A DNA stretch of 63,625 nucleotides, the filler included, from Chiloscyllium plagiosum (taxonomy: Eukaryota), in NCBI RefSeq assembly GCF_004010195.1. It is 4 parts of one record of this genome, joined end to end, with 100 filler letters (N's around TTAATTAATTAA, not from the genome) between each part and the next. Parts side by side here need not be neighbours in the genome. Positions count along the whole stretch, not along the records: positions 1 to 21,245 come from NC_057711.1; positions 21,346 to 46,567 come from NC_057711.1; 2 more parts are not named here. One strand, given 5' to 3'. Every line of letters starts with the position of its first letter. Positions within the stretch are counted from its first letter, which is position 1. Position numbers and translations under genes: made by a program. This document shows, piece by piece, positions 13,511 to 25,169 of the stretch. The notes under the pieces are model-generated. The model was not told where the DNA came from. It did no database searches and saw only the letters and a list, made by a program, of their open reading frames with translations.

Positions 13511-15001
13511 GTTAAAAATCGCACAACACTTGGTTATAGTCCAACAGGTGTATTTGGAAGCTCGAGCATTCAGAGTGCTTCTCCTTCATCAGGTGGTTGT
13601 GAAGTATACGATTGTAAGACACAGAATTTATAGCAAACGTTTGCAGTGTGATGTAGTTGAAATCATATATTGAAAAAGACCTGGATTGTTCAAGTCTATC
13701 ATCATTTAATATGACCATGTTGATTTCAGTTCTTTCACATGTAAATCACAAAGCGTTTTTTAAAAGTTACATTCTCAAGTGAACTTTAACAATTAAGAAC
13801 GGATTTACAGAATCTTACATGGATTCATCCAGTTTTTGAGCAAAGTAAAATGTAATTCTGCAAGTACAAACTCTCTCCCCACAAACGTATGTGTGCATGT
13901 GAGGTTGTGTGTGTGTGGGAGTGTAAGCATATGAGAGAGGGTCTGCAGGAATGTGTCTCTCTGTAGGAGGGAGTGTGTGTGTGTGTGTGTGTGTGTGGTG
14001 GTGGTGGAGTGGGTAGGAGTGTCTGTGTGTGTCCGTCTGTCTGTATGTGTGTATAGTGCAGTGGGGTCACCTATAGTGTGACATGAACCCAAGGTCCCGG
14101 TTGAGGCCATCCCCATGGGTACCGAACTTGGCTATCAGCCTCTTTTCGACCACTTTGTGTTGTTGCCTGCCCCGAGGTCCGTCCACCAAGGCAACTTCAG
14201 AGCAGGCAACAACGAAAACTGGTCGAGCAGAGGCTGATAGCCAAGTTCGGTACCCATGGGGATGGCCTCAACCGGGATCTTGGGTTTGTGTCACACTACA
14301 AGTGACCCCATTGCACTACACGCGCACACTCCTGCGGGCGTGCACACTTACGCAGACCCTCTCTCATATGCTCACATATACACTCTCTCTCACACACGCA
14401 CACCCTCTCACAGACTTATACCCCTTATACTTTCACTCTCACACATGCACACACACACTCTCACAGATACTCATAACCCCACCCCCCACCGCAAGCGCAC
14501 ACAAGTTTGTTGGGTGAATTGGTACTTGCTGAATTACATTTTAGTTTGCTCAAAAACTGCATGAAACCATGTAAGATTCTGTAAATCCATTTTTTAGATT
14601 AGAATCAGTCTGACCATGTGGCACCGACAGCCTCACAGGGAAACTCGCACCTTCAGTACATTATCTGGGCCGACATGACACTAATTGTTCACTTGAGAAT
14701 GTAACTTTTAAAAACGGTTTTGTGATTTACATATGAAAGGACTGAAGCCAACATGGTCATGCTAAAAATCGATAGACTTAACAAACAATCTAGGTCTTTT
14801 TCAATATATAATTTCTGTTAAATCGTAGTGTAAACTTTTGTTATAAATTCTGTTTCTTACAATCTTATTCTCCACAACCACCTGATGAAGGAGCAGTGCT
14901 CTGAAAGCTAGTGCTTCCAAATAAACCTGTTGGACTATAACCTGGTGGTGTGAGATTTTTAATGTTGTACACCTCAGTCTAGTACCGGCATCTCCAAATC
15001 A
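13511..15001. mobile_element. PLE family B long fold-back (about 1.5 kb)
   Basis: Mirror arms meeting near 14180; GIY-YIG C-terminus QQRKLVEQRLIAKFGTHGDGLNRDLGFVSHYK* on the right arm and a degenerate copy on the left; (GT)n/(CA)n tracts; hammerhead core CTGATGA-A-GGAGC-AGT-GCTCT-GAAAGCTA at 14882-14910. Confidence 0.88.
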
Positions 15002-15370
15002 AGGTTTGAGATAGAAATTGATAGATTTATCTGAACTAATAATATTAAGGAATATGGGGTTGGAGCAGAAAACTAGATGATTAGCCATGTTCAAGAATGA
15101 CACTGCAAGCTCAATGGCTCAATAGTGTACTCCTAATCCAGTGTTCCAAAGTGGTTGGAGTGCAGATGCAGAGCAGCTGTAATGTAATTTTCCTTTATTT
15201 ATCCATGGGATGTGGGCATCGCTGGCTGGCCAGCATTTATTGTCCATCCTTTAGCTGCCCTTGAGAACGTGTTGGTCAGCTGCTTTCTTGAACCACTGCA
15301 GTTCATGTGCTGTGGGTTGATCCACAGTTCTCTTAGGGAATTCCAGTAATTGTTCTCAAGAAATTGTGGG

Positions 15371-15665
15371 AGGCATGGTGGCACAGTGGTTAGCACTGCT
15401 GCCTCACAGCGCCTGAGACCCGGGTTCAATTCCCGCCTCAGGTGACTGACTGTGGGGAGTTTGCACGTTCTCCCCGTGTCTGCATGGGTTTCCTTCCACA
15501 GTCCAAAGATGTGTAGGTCAGGTGAATTGGCCATGCTAAATTGCCTGTAGTGTTAGGTAAGGGGTAAATGTAGGGGTATGGGTGGGTTGCGCTTCGGCGG
15601 GTCGGTGCGGACTTGTTGGGCCGAAGGGCCTGTTTCCACACTGTAATGTAATGTAATCTAATCTA
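15371..15665 (+). mobile_element. Near full-length HE1/V-SINE-type tRNA-derived SINE
   Basis: A box TGGCACAGTGG, B box GGTTCAATTCC, V-domain, TAATG/TAATC tail. Confidence 0.9.
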
Positions 15666-15837
15666 AAAATAGAATTGCCTACTTGTGTTTCCTTAAAAAA
15701 ACCCAAATTGAATGATTCATGCTTGAAGATAATTGAGGCTGTTGGTTTTGCACAGGTACTTATCTCTGCTACTGTGGAATGATGGTTCTCTTCTTTAAAG
15801 TGCTATTGTTGACAGCTGTCTTTCACCTGTTTTGCAG

Positions 15838-15891
15838 GTTGCTGCTTGCAGGGATACTGGGTACGATTGGTTTGAGCAGCTTCTTCAGAAT
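15838..15891 (+). CDS. NIPBL: NIPBL internal exon (about human exon 32)
   Basis: ttgcag|GTT...AAT|gtaagt; 54 bp; VAACRDTGYDWFEQLLQN. Confidence 0.96.
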
Positions 15892-16735
15892 GTAAGTACA
15901 ATACAAATAAGATTTCCATTGTATGAGAGCTTAACTTTTCAAACTCTGGTTGAGTTAGATACAAGGTTAGAAAGTGATCCTGGTCCTGCTGTGAGTCTTA
16001 ACTATCAAGTTGGAAACTTTTCCATTGGTATTCTAGATCTTTCTGTAGTAGGAATAACACTCTTGATGGGTGAGGAAGTTTTGAGTGTTCAGAAATGTTA
16101 TGCCATCTTCTGAGGCAGTGAGACTTTAAACCCATACTTTCCAGCACAGATAGTGACACCACCACTCCGTCCCAAGATCCATCTATGGGTGGTAATTGTA
16201 AATATTTTCAAATCACCCTAGTCAGTGACATTATTACACACCCCCAGAGCAGGTGGGACTTGAACCTGGGTCCATTGTCTCCAGGTTGGGAACACAACCA
16301 CTTACCCAAAATAATACTCGCGCATGCTGCATCTGGTATTCCCATGTCGTCTCCTTGGGTGTTAACTGTAGATCTTTTCTAATCAACCTGTTCAGATGTT
16401 TTATGACACGTCACTGGAGCAAATTAATTTGAACCTTGGCCCAGAGGTAGGCACAGTACCACTGTAGCACAGGACTCCTTATGTGTTAGTTGTATTTATT
16501 TCAAACAACTTGTTCAGACACAGTGATGCACATCTGGAGCAGGTGAGACTTGAACCAGGGGGTCTCAACGCCCAGAGGTAGTTACACTGCCGCAAAAGCC
16601 CTTACTGGGTGTTGATTAAAGCTCATTCTTTTTACTTAACCTGTTAAGAAACGTTATGACACAACTTGGAACAGGTGGTTCTTGAACCCAGATATCTTGT
16701 CCCAGAGGTACGGACACTAACACTACACAAGTATC

Positions 16736-16852
16736 CCTACTCTGCCTGGTATTCCCAGGCAGTCTTCCATTCAAGTATGAACCACGCCTGAATCTATTTA
16801 ATGTCCAAGATTAGAAGAGATCAGTTGTTTTCAGACTAATATGGTTGCAGGC
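16736..16852 (-). pseudogene. Degenerate 5S rRNA-derived copy
   Basis: Colinear with the reverse complement of vertebrate 5S over about 117 nt (GGTATTCCCAGGC.GTCT.CCAT.CAAGTA..AACCA.GCC...TATGG..G.AGGC). Confidence 0.8.
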
Positions 16853-17012
16853 TGGGTGTTAATTGTAGAGGTTTTCCAATCAAGTTGTCAAAGTTGTTAT
16901 TACACACCCCTGGATTCAGGTCCTACTTGATACCAGTTTCTTGGCTGAGAGGTAGGGGACACTGTGCTACAAGTACCGTAGATTCGCAGTACTAGATACA
17001 GCAAATGTTTTA

Positions 17013-17172
17013 GGTGAAAGTGAGGACTGCAGATGCTGGAAATCAGAGTCTAGATTAGAGTGGTGCTGGAAAAACACAGCAGGTCAGGCAGCATCCGAGG
17101 AGCAGGAAAATCGACGTTTCGGACAAAAGCTCTTAATTCCTGCTGTGCTTTTTCAGCGCCACTCTAATCTAG
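17013..17172. mobile_element. PLE family A fold-back with TSD
   Basis: TSD ACAGCAA(A/G)TGTTTTA at 16998-17012 and 17173-17187. Confidence 0.8.
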
Positions 17173-17625
17173 ACAGCAAGTGTTTTATTAACAGGCACCT
17201 CTGGGACCAGAAGTTGATCAAATATTCTGGATAATCAAGAGCTATGCATAACTTCAATAATCCCTGACCAAATGAAGCTTTGAGACATCACATTCCTCAA
17301 AAATCTATAGAAAAACATCAACACACCTCCTGAAGTCAATATAGATCGATACACACAATAGAGAAACGATGCAGGGGGTATACACATCACTGGTATACTT
17401 TACTTACAGCATTAAATATGCAGACATTGCAATATTTGAGATATATGGTTTTTGTCAGTTGACCAAGAATACTGGTTGATAAGGTGCTGGTTAAAATTAA
17501 GTTTGCTGTATTTTTTAATTAACTTGTTCAGCGATTTTATGACACACTTCTGGGGCAGATGGGACTTGAACCTGGGCTTCCTAGCTCAGAGGTAATAACC
17601 TTAACACTATGCCACAAATGCTCCA

Positions 17626-17743
17626 AAGACTACTATGCTGATATTCCCAGGCATTCTCTTATCCGAATGCTGCCCAGGCCTGAAACTGCTTAGCTTGTGA
17701 GATCAAGTGATATCAATTGTTTTCAGGTTATTATGGCTGTGGC
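17626..17743 (-). pseudogene. Degenerate 5S rRNA-derived copy
   Basis: TATTCCCAGGC...CCAGGCC..CTGCTTAGCTT..GAGATCA..TTCAGG..TATGGCTGTGGC matches 5S reverse complement. Confidence 0.8.
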
Positions 17744-17755
17744 TGGGTGTTAATT

Positions 17756-17942
17756 AGGTAAAAACGAGGACTGCAGATGCTGGAAACCAGATTCCAGATT
17801 AGAGTGGTGCTGGAAAAGCACAGCAGTTCGGGCAGCATCCAAGGAGCAGGAAAATCGACGTTTTGGGCAAAAGCCCTTCAGGAATATTCCTAATGAAGGG
17901 CTTTTGCCCGAAACGTCGATTTTCCTGCTCCTCGGATGCTGC
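17756..17942. mobile_element. PLE family A fold-back with TSD
   Basis: TSD CTGGGTGTTAATT at 17743-17755 and 17943-17955; apex GGAATATTCC. Confidence 0.85.
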
Positions 17943-18460
17943 CTGGGTGTTAATTGTATGTTAATTACATTAGTGTTTCTCAGGTGATGTTAGCTGAGGA
18001 TTTACATGCTCCATTTTCAATACAAATCAAAAATGCATGTTTGTAATAAATCTCTAAATTCCAAATTTAGGACAATTATAAAGGATGTTAAATTGGGTCA
18101 GTGGGCTGAGGAGTTGCACATGGAGTTTAATTTGAATAAATGTGAGATATTGCATTTTGGCAAAGGAAAGAGAGGGAGATCTTATGCATTTAATGGTAGG
18201 GCCCTGGCATATGTTGCAAGATAGAGGGACCTGGAGGTTCAGGTGCATAATTCCTTGAAATTTATACAACATGTTGATAGGGCGGTTAACATACTGGCCT
18301 GAAGGTGAGGTTGAAACAAAGCAGTTTCAATATGAATACTGTTCAAATCTTCCTTAAATTTAGGTGGTGGTAGAGGATTGGAGAATTCCAAATGTTTACT
18401 CGCTTGTTCAAAGAAGTGATTAGTGATATGCCCAGCAAATACAGACCAGTCAGTTTGGAA

Positions 18461-19292
18461 TATGATTTGGAAGTGCCGGTGTTGGACTGGGGTGTACAGG
18501 GTTAAAAGTCTCACAACACCAGGTTATAGTCCAAACAAGTCCAATAAATCTATCACCCCTCAATTTGCAGGGCATAACTACAAATTGAGGGATGATAGAT
18601 TTAAGAGAGATGTCAGATGAAAGTTCTTTACGCAGAGTGAGGTAAGGGTGTGGAATGCCCTACCTGCTAATGTAGTCAACTCAGCCACATTAGGGAGATT
18701 TAAATAATCCTTAGATAAGCACATGGATTATTTTGGGATAATGTAAAGGGACGAGCTGAGAATAGCTCACAGGTCAGCACAACATCAAGAGCCGAAGGGC
18801 CTGTTCTGCGCTGTATTGTTCTAAGTTTATTTGGAAGCACTATCTTTTAGAGTGCTGCTCCTTTATCAGGTGGTTGTGGAGTATAAGATCGTAGGACACA
18901 GAATTTATAGCAAAAGTTTACAGTGTGATGTAACTGAAATTATATATTGAAAAAGACCTGGATTGTTTGTAAGTCTCTCATCTTTTAGAATCGGCATGTT
19001 GATTTCAGTTCTTTTCATGTGTAAATCCCAGAATTTAAAGTTACAATCTCAAGTGAACTTTAACAATAGGTGCCATGTTAGGCCAACATGGCACCTATTA
19101 TTAAAGTTCACTTGAGAAGGAAACTTTAAGAAAGTTACGGAATTTGCATATGAAAGAATTGAAACTAACATGCCCATTCTAAAAGATAAATTCTGTGTAT
19201 TACGATCTTATACTCCACAACCATCTGATAAAGGAGCAGCACTGCAAAAGCTAGTGCTTCCAAATAAGCTTGTTGAACTATAACCTGGTGTT
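18461..19292. mobile_element. PLE family B fold-back interrupted by a CR1 3' fragment (about 18560-18822)
   Basis: ATGATTTGGA..GCCGGTGTTGGACTGGGGTGTAC terminus; arms meet near 19080. Confidence 0.8.
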
Positions 19293-20514
19293 CTAATTGG
19301 TAAGTTTGGAATATGAGTGGATTGTCTGATGATGTGTCAGACAGGTTGGGCCTGTCTTTGCTTGAATTTAGAAGAGTGAGGGGTGACTTGATTCAAATCT
19401 AGAAGGTGGATATAAAATGAATGTTTACATTTATGGGTCAGTTCAGAACTAGAGGGCAGCCCTTTATGGAAGAGATTAGTTTTTTTTCTTAGGGTCATGG
19501 AACTCAAGACAGTGAAGGCTGGTCGTTGAATGTTTGTGAGACAAGTGGATTAATCGAGGGTTATCTGTTGGGGTGGGGGGGGGGGGATGGTGGATGGAGA
19601 TGGAAATGTGAAATTGAAGAATTGAAAACACTTGCAGAATAGCCACGACTGTATTGAATTGCTAAACAGATGTAACGGTCAGTTTTTCACTTAGTCATGG
19701 ATTGTGGCCATTGCTGGCTAGGCCACTATTTATTGGCCTTCCCTAATTGTCCTGAGGACAGCTAAGAGTCAACAGCTTTGCACATGTCTCAGCCAGCCAA
19801 AGTCTACTGACTGAAAGGAGGAGAAGTAGACCAAAGACTTCAGTTTCTTTGGTTCACCTTGCGGAAGCTTTCAGAAATGGTTCAGGTCAAAATTAGTCAT
19901 CTTGTAGGGAAATATAGATTAATTAAGAAAAACCTGTATGAAGAGTAAATTAATTTTAACTTGCTTTTATTTAGTCCCGTGTGGATTTTGTTGGCTTGGG
20001 TAACCTTTATTGCCTTTAAGACCTAAATGTTATGACGCTTCAATGCTCATCCAAGTACTTTATTAAAAGTTCTGAGGTTGCTTGCCTCAACTACTCTCCA
20101 GGTGATGCATTCCAGATTACCACCACTCTTTGGTTAGAAAAAAAAGATTTCCTCAAATCCTTTCTGCCTTTCATTTTAAAATTATGCCACCTAGTCATGA
20201 ATATTTTGACTAAGGGAAACAACTTGTTTTCTATTCAACCTGTCCATACCCAAAGTAATCATCTACGCCTCTATCAGGTCCTCTGTCAAACTTCTCTGCA
20301 CCTAAGAAAACAATCTGAACTCATCTAGCTTCTGTTTGTACCTGAAAAGCTCAATCCCAGACAATCCCAGAAATGCCATAGTACTGCCTTGAGTGCAATC
20401 ACAATTGTTTATATACTGTGGTGATTAGAAGTGCATATGGCACAGGAGCAGATTTAGGCATTTGACCCATTTGAGTTTGCTCCACCAAACAATCATGACT
20501 GATATTTTTCTTAT

Positions 20515-21245
20515 CCCCATGGTAGGCTACTGCAAAAAATACGGAGGTATGGCATTGAGGGTGAGTTGGAGGTTTGGATTAGGAATTGGCTGGCTGGAAG
20601 AAGACAGAGGGTAGTAGTTGATGGTAAAGGTTCATCTTGGAGTGCAGTTACTAGCGGTGTTCCGCAAGGATCTGTTTTGGGACCATTGCTGTTTGTCATT
20701 TTTATAAATGACCTGGAGGAGGGGCTAGAAGGTTGGGTGAGCAAGTTTGCGGATGATACGAAAGTCAGAGGAGTTGTTGACAGTGAGGAAGGATGTGGCA
20801 GGTTACAGCAGGATATAGAGAAGCTGCAGAGCTGGGCAGAAAGGTGGCAAACGGAGTTCAATGTAGGTAAGTGTGAGGTGATTCACTTTGCTAAGAGTAA
20901 CAAAAAGATGGGGTACTGGGCTAATGGTCGGATACTTGGTAGTGTGGATGAGCAGAGGGATCTTGGTGTCCATGTACACAGATCTCTGAAAGTTGCCACC
21001 CAGGTAAATAGTGCGGTGAGGAAGGCATATGGCGTACTGGCTTTTATTGGTAGAGGAATTGAGTTCCGGAGCCCTGAGGTCATGATGCAGTTGTATAAAA
21101 CTCTGGTGCGGCCGCATCTGGAATATTGTGTGCAGTTTTGGTCGCCATACTATAGGAAGGATGTGGAGGCACTGGAACGGGTGCAGAGGAGGTTTACCAG
21201 GATGTTGCCTGGTATGGAAGAAAGATCGTATGAGGAAAGACTGAG
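20515..21245 (+). mobile_element. Young CR1 LINE RT region (open frame up to the linker)
   Basis: ORF 20566 onward with [36 protein letters not shown]. Confidence 0.95.
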
Positions 21246-21345
21246 NNNNNNNNNNNNNNNNNNNNNNNNNNNNNNNNNNNNNNNNNNNNTTAATTAATTA
21301 ANNNNNNNNNNNNNNNNNNNNNNNNNNNNNNNNNNNNNNNNNNNN
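21246..21345. other. Artificial contig linker N44-TTAATTAATTAA-N44
   Basis: Exactly 100 nt with stops in all six frames; identical at three places. Confidence 0.95.
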
Positions 21346-21445
21346 CCCTTCACCCCCTCCGCACCCCATCCCCCATCCCCTCCAACCATTGACCACACTG
21401 TGTCACCCCCCCCCGTGTATGCCACCACACTGTGCCCATTCTAAC

Positions 21446-21576
21446 CAGGCTGTGCCACATCACGGTGTGCGGTCAGGTGCTGCTCCAGGCTCAGCTGCTG
21501 CTCATGGAGATCCACAGGCGTTGGGTTTATTCCTGCTCCTTCCAGGCAGATCCTGATCCGCTGTCTCCACTGCCAG
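21446..21576 (-). CDS. NADK2: NADK2 exon 6 (the gene continues beyond the segment end)
   Basis: ctcacag|C...G|gttaga; 131 bp; WQWRQRIRICLEGAGINPTPVDLHEQQLSLEQHLTAHRDVAQP; donor position less certain than acceptor. Confidence 0.9.
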
Positions 21577-21989
21577 CTGTGAGCAAGATGGAGAACTATG
21601 TAATCTTTAATGGAATTGAAGAACCTAACGTGCTTTCCAGGAGCACAAGGGTAACATCTGACACTAAGGCAATAAAGAGATGAGGGCTTCTGCTGCTGAA
21701 ATCCGTGGCAGGGGAAGATTTGAAGAAGACTGTTACAGTCAGTGTTTTACAGCATGGTAAGAGGCCATTCAGTCCATCCAGGCAGTTTGCCAAACATTAT
21801 CCATTCTAATCTTATTTCCCAGCACTTTTTATGCTATAGCATTTCAAAGCTCACCTACATACTTCTTAATATGTTGAGGACTTCCATTTCTGATACACTT
21901 TCAGGTAGTGACTTCCAGATTCCAAATTCTTCCTCAAACCCCTTTGAAGCCTTCTGCCTCTCACATTAAATCCATGCCCTTCATTACAG

Positions 21990-22380
21990 AGGGGCGACCT
22001 GACAGAAGTTTATAAGATTGTGAATGGCATGGATAAAGTGGGAAGTACGAGGCTTTTACCCAGGATGGAGGGGTCACTTACTAGAGGACACAGGTTCAAG
22101 GTACAGAGTGGTGTAGGGGGTGGGGGTAGTTTACAAGAGATGTGCGAGGCATGTATTTTACACAAAGGGTGGGGAGTGCCTGGAACACGCTGCCTGAGGT
22201 AGTGGAGGAAGCAGACACAATAGCAGCATTCAAGAAACACCTGGATAAATATGTGAATAGGAAGGGAATACAGGGATACGGATCTTGTAAGGGAAGACAG
22301 TTTTAGTATGGAAGGGCAAGAGGTGCCAGCACAGGCTTGGAGGGCTGAAGGGCCTGCTCCTGTACTGGATTGTTCTTTAA
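21990..22380 (+). mobile_element. CR1 3' fragment
   Basis: RGDLTEVYKIVNGMDKV..TRGHRFKV plus 3' UTR. Confidence 0.8.
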
Positions 22381-22431
22381 ATGAGGTGATAAGTTGCCTG
22401 TTAGGATCTCGACAGGTCTGACCACGGCACC

Positions 22432-22878
22432 ATGGTGCTGAAGGCCACTCAAGAGGGGGGAGCAAAAAGACAAGTAATTGTTATAGGGGATTCTACAATT
22501 AGGGGGACAGATAGTATCCTTCGCAAGCCGGATCGGGAGTCTCTCATGGTGTGTTGCCTACCCGGTGCCAGGGTTCAGGACATCTCTGACCGGCTTGAAA
22601 GAATATTGGAGCGGGAGGGGGAGGATCCAGATGTTGTGGTCCACGTTGGGACTAACAACATAGGCAAAGCTAGGGTGGGGGACCTGTTTGGGGATTATGA
22701 AGCACTAGGAAGGAAATTGAAGTATAGGTCCTCAAGGGTCATAATCTCCGGATTACTGCCCGAGCCACGTGCCTATTGCCATAGGGATAAGAAAATTAGG
22801 GAAGTAAACACGTGGCTAAGGGATTGGTGTGGGAAAGAGGGATTCCACTTCATGGGGCATTGGCATCAGTTTTGGAAC
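22432..22878 (+). mobile_element. CR1 ORF1 SGNH-esterase domain fragment
   Basis: VIGDS, CLPGARV, VVVHVGTN, IISGLLP, WLRDWC..EGF motifs. Confidence 0.9.
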
Positions 22879-23740
22879 CACCCTCCCTCCCAATCTGCAT
22901 TTCACCTGAATCGTTCTCTCTGGGACACCCTATTCCATTTATTGACTAGGAACACCATAGTCCCTTCTCACGGCATCTTCCCATGTAACTGCAGAAGGTG
23001 CAACAGCTGCCCCTTCCCCTCCTGCCTGTAAACTATCCAAGGGCCGAAACAGGCCTTTCCTGATGAAGCAGCATTTCACCTGTACCTCCTCCAATCTTGT
23101 GTAATGTATTCGCTGCACCCAATGCAGCCTAGTCTACATTGGAGAAACCAAATGCAGACTGGGTGACTGCTTTACGGAACGCCTCCAGTCTGTGCACAAA
23201 CAGGACGCAGAGCTTCCCATAACCAGTCATTTTAACACAGCGTCCTGTTCGCATGCCCACATCTGTCCTTGCCATGCTATAGTGTCTCAGTGAATCACAA
23301 CACAAGTTAGAGGAACAACATCTCCTCTTCAAACTAGGTACTTTACAACCTTTTGGATTTTAATATTAGAGTTCAACACCTTCAAATTGCGAACTAACAC
23401 CCACTCCTTCCCTTTCTTTTAGTTTTACTTGTTACATTCTCTGTCATCACGTCCTCTCTCCCCTCCCCCTTCGCTGTGGGACTGTCTGTTCTTTAAAGTC
23501 TGGCAGTTTGATAGACCGTTGTTCTGTCATTCCGATCAGTTAATCTGCACTATCCATGCCCTCTCTGCCCCAGTACTCCATACTCCACCTCTCCCCCAAC
23601 TATAGCATAAATGCTGCCCCCGCCCATCACACTTCACCTCACTGCTGCTGAAGAGTCATCTAGACTTGAAGTATTAGCGTGCTGTCTTTCCATGGATGCT
23701 GCCTGACCCACTGTCACCTCCACCATTTGTTGTTTTCAGA
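22879..23740 (+). mobile_element. PLE (Neptune-like) GIY-YIG endonuclease 3' fragment plus UTR
   Basis: FPCNCRRCNSC, FTCTSSNL, VYIGETK.RL, LEEQHLLF.LGTLQP motifs with frameshifts. Confidence 0.85.
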
Positions 23741-23853
23741 ACCAATGGAGATTGTGGGCAATGGGCTGTGCACATAAACCCATCCTGAAGAAACCAACAA
23801 ATACACACAAAAACCAAGAGGAAATGGAGGTGGAAAAATATAGGCACACTCAC

Positions 23854-23937
23854 CTGAACTCTCCCTGGCGGAGCTTCTGCAGAGCCTCTGAAAAACAGTG
23901 CGTGTACCTGACTGGGAGGCACAAGTGCCCCTGAGAC
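23854..23937 (-). CDS. NADK2: NADK2 exon 5
   Basis: tttgtag|G...AG|gtgagt; 84 bp; SQGHLCLPVRYTHCFSEALQKLRQGEF(S). Confidence 0.95.
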
Positions 23938-25169
23938 CTACAAACAGATTAAAAACAGCTGAGCACAGAGCACCCTGACAACAGCATTGAGGAGTGGAAA
24001 CAGTTAGACCCTCAGCACTGCATTACCACACCCAGCCATTCAACCTCTCCAGTCGATGTTGCTGTTTACCCTTCACATCAGCAAACTGCTCCAATTCATC
24101 CACTCTCTTCCCAAATCCCTCCAGTCCCCTCTCCCACTGAGTCTTGATAGTTTCGGTTTAAATCGTGAGGATGGGGAGTGAATTCCACCGCATCACACCT
24201 CACTGCAAAGGTTCCCCCTGTTCTGTCCAATATCTCTTCAAGTTAATCTATTGTTACCTGCGGGCTCTCGTTCCTCAACCACTGAAACAATCTACTTCTT
24301 GGCATCCTGTCCAATCAAGTTAAATATTATGTTTTCAGACCAGGATACCAATATTAGGTAATGACGATTTGACAAGGGAATAGAAACATTTTTATAAATT
24401 AGACAGTGAGACACTCCTGGTACTTCCTCAAACAATAAAGCCACAAGATTTCATGTGTATCAATAAACAGCTACATTTTACTAACAAATTTAGCACAGAC
24501 ACACACTCTATATTCTACCACCTTAGAATTAAGCACATGCAAATATAGGTCACAGGCATACTGCTGTCAAGCTCCCTGCATAACACATTGAATCCGAAAT
24601 GCAGGAAAGTCAAATCCCAGATTTTTCAGCAATTCCCCATCAATTAGTGACTATAGGCCACTTTATCATTTTACAACATTGAAAGCGTTGCGTCAGAATT
24701 CCCTAACAAACCTCTCCATTATAACTGCCTCAATGGCTGCGTACATTCTGGTAGCTCACTCTCCCAGTTTGGACTGTGTTCTCCTGGATTTAGGAAACAG
24801 AACTCTGGCATTTACTCAGTGGCACAATTTCACCTTTTCACCAAACTGAGAGTGCCCCTGCACACTGTTCACAATCCCCAATGAAAATCTCTACAAAACT
24901 TAATCACCTTAGTTTACACTCAATATCTTCTGAATACATTCTATATGCGTCCCACGAGCTACACAGTCCTTCAAAGGTCTAACACTGCTCATGTTCAGTG
25001 CAATCCCTAGCAGTGACAGATCAGCAAGAGTCCATGATACTAACTCACTGCTTCACTTTCTTATGAGCAAATGCACTTGTTGCTAAGACCATTTTACAGA
25101 ATCCTAGAAGGGATTCTCTAACACTGATTAGCTTCAAGGAGTTAGATATAGTGGTGAGGGTTAAAGACA

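Larger units (their letters stand above)
16085..17625 (-). repeat. Tandem array of about 120-bp tRNA-like (Pol III) units
   Basis: About 7 diverged copies of ..ACACA.CTGGAGCAGGTGGGACTTGAACC..CAGAGGTAGG.ACAC.ACCACT.., which reads B box GGTTCAAGTCCC on the minus strand. Confidence 0.7.

Noticed and set aside
16736..17743. Functional 5S rRNA genes
   Set aside because: Many substitutions across the internal control region and helices, and no clear oligo-T terminator; treated as derived copies.
15892..21245. Next NIPBL exon (LLKSEED.. region)
   Set aside because: Not found by eye before the linker; it presumably lies on another contig.
21290..21301. TTAATTAATTAA palindrome as a biological motif
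   Set aside because: Always centred in exactly 44+44 Ns; a synthetic six-frame-stop spacer.
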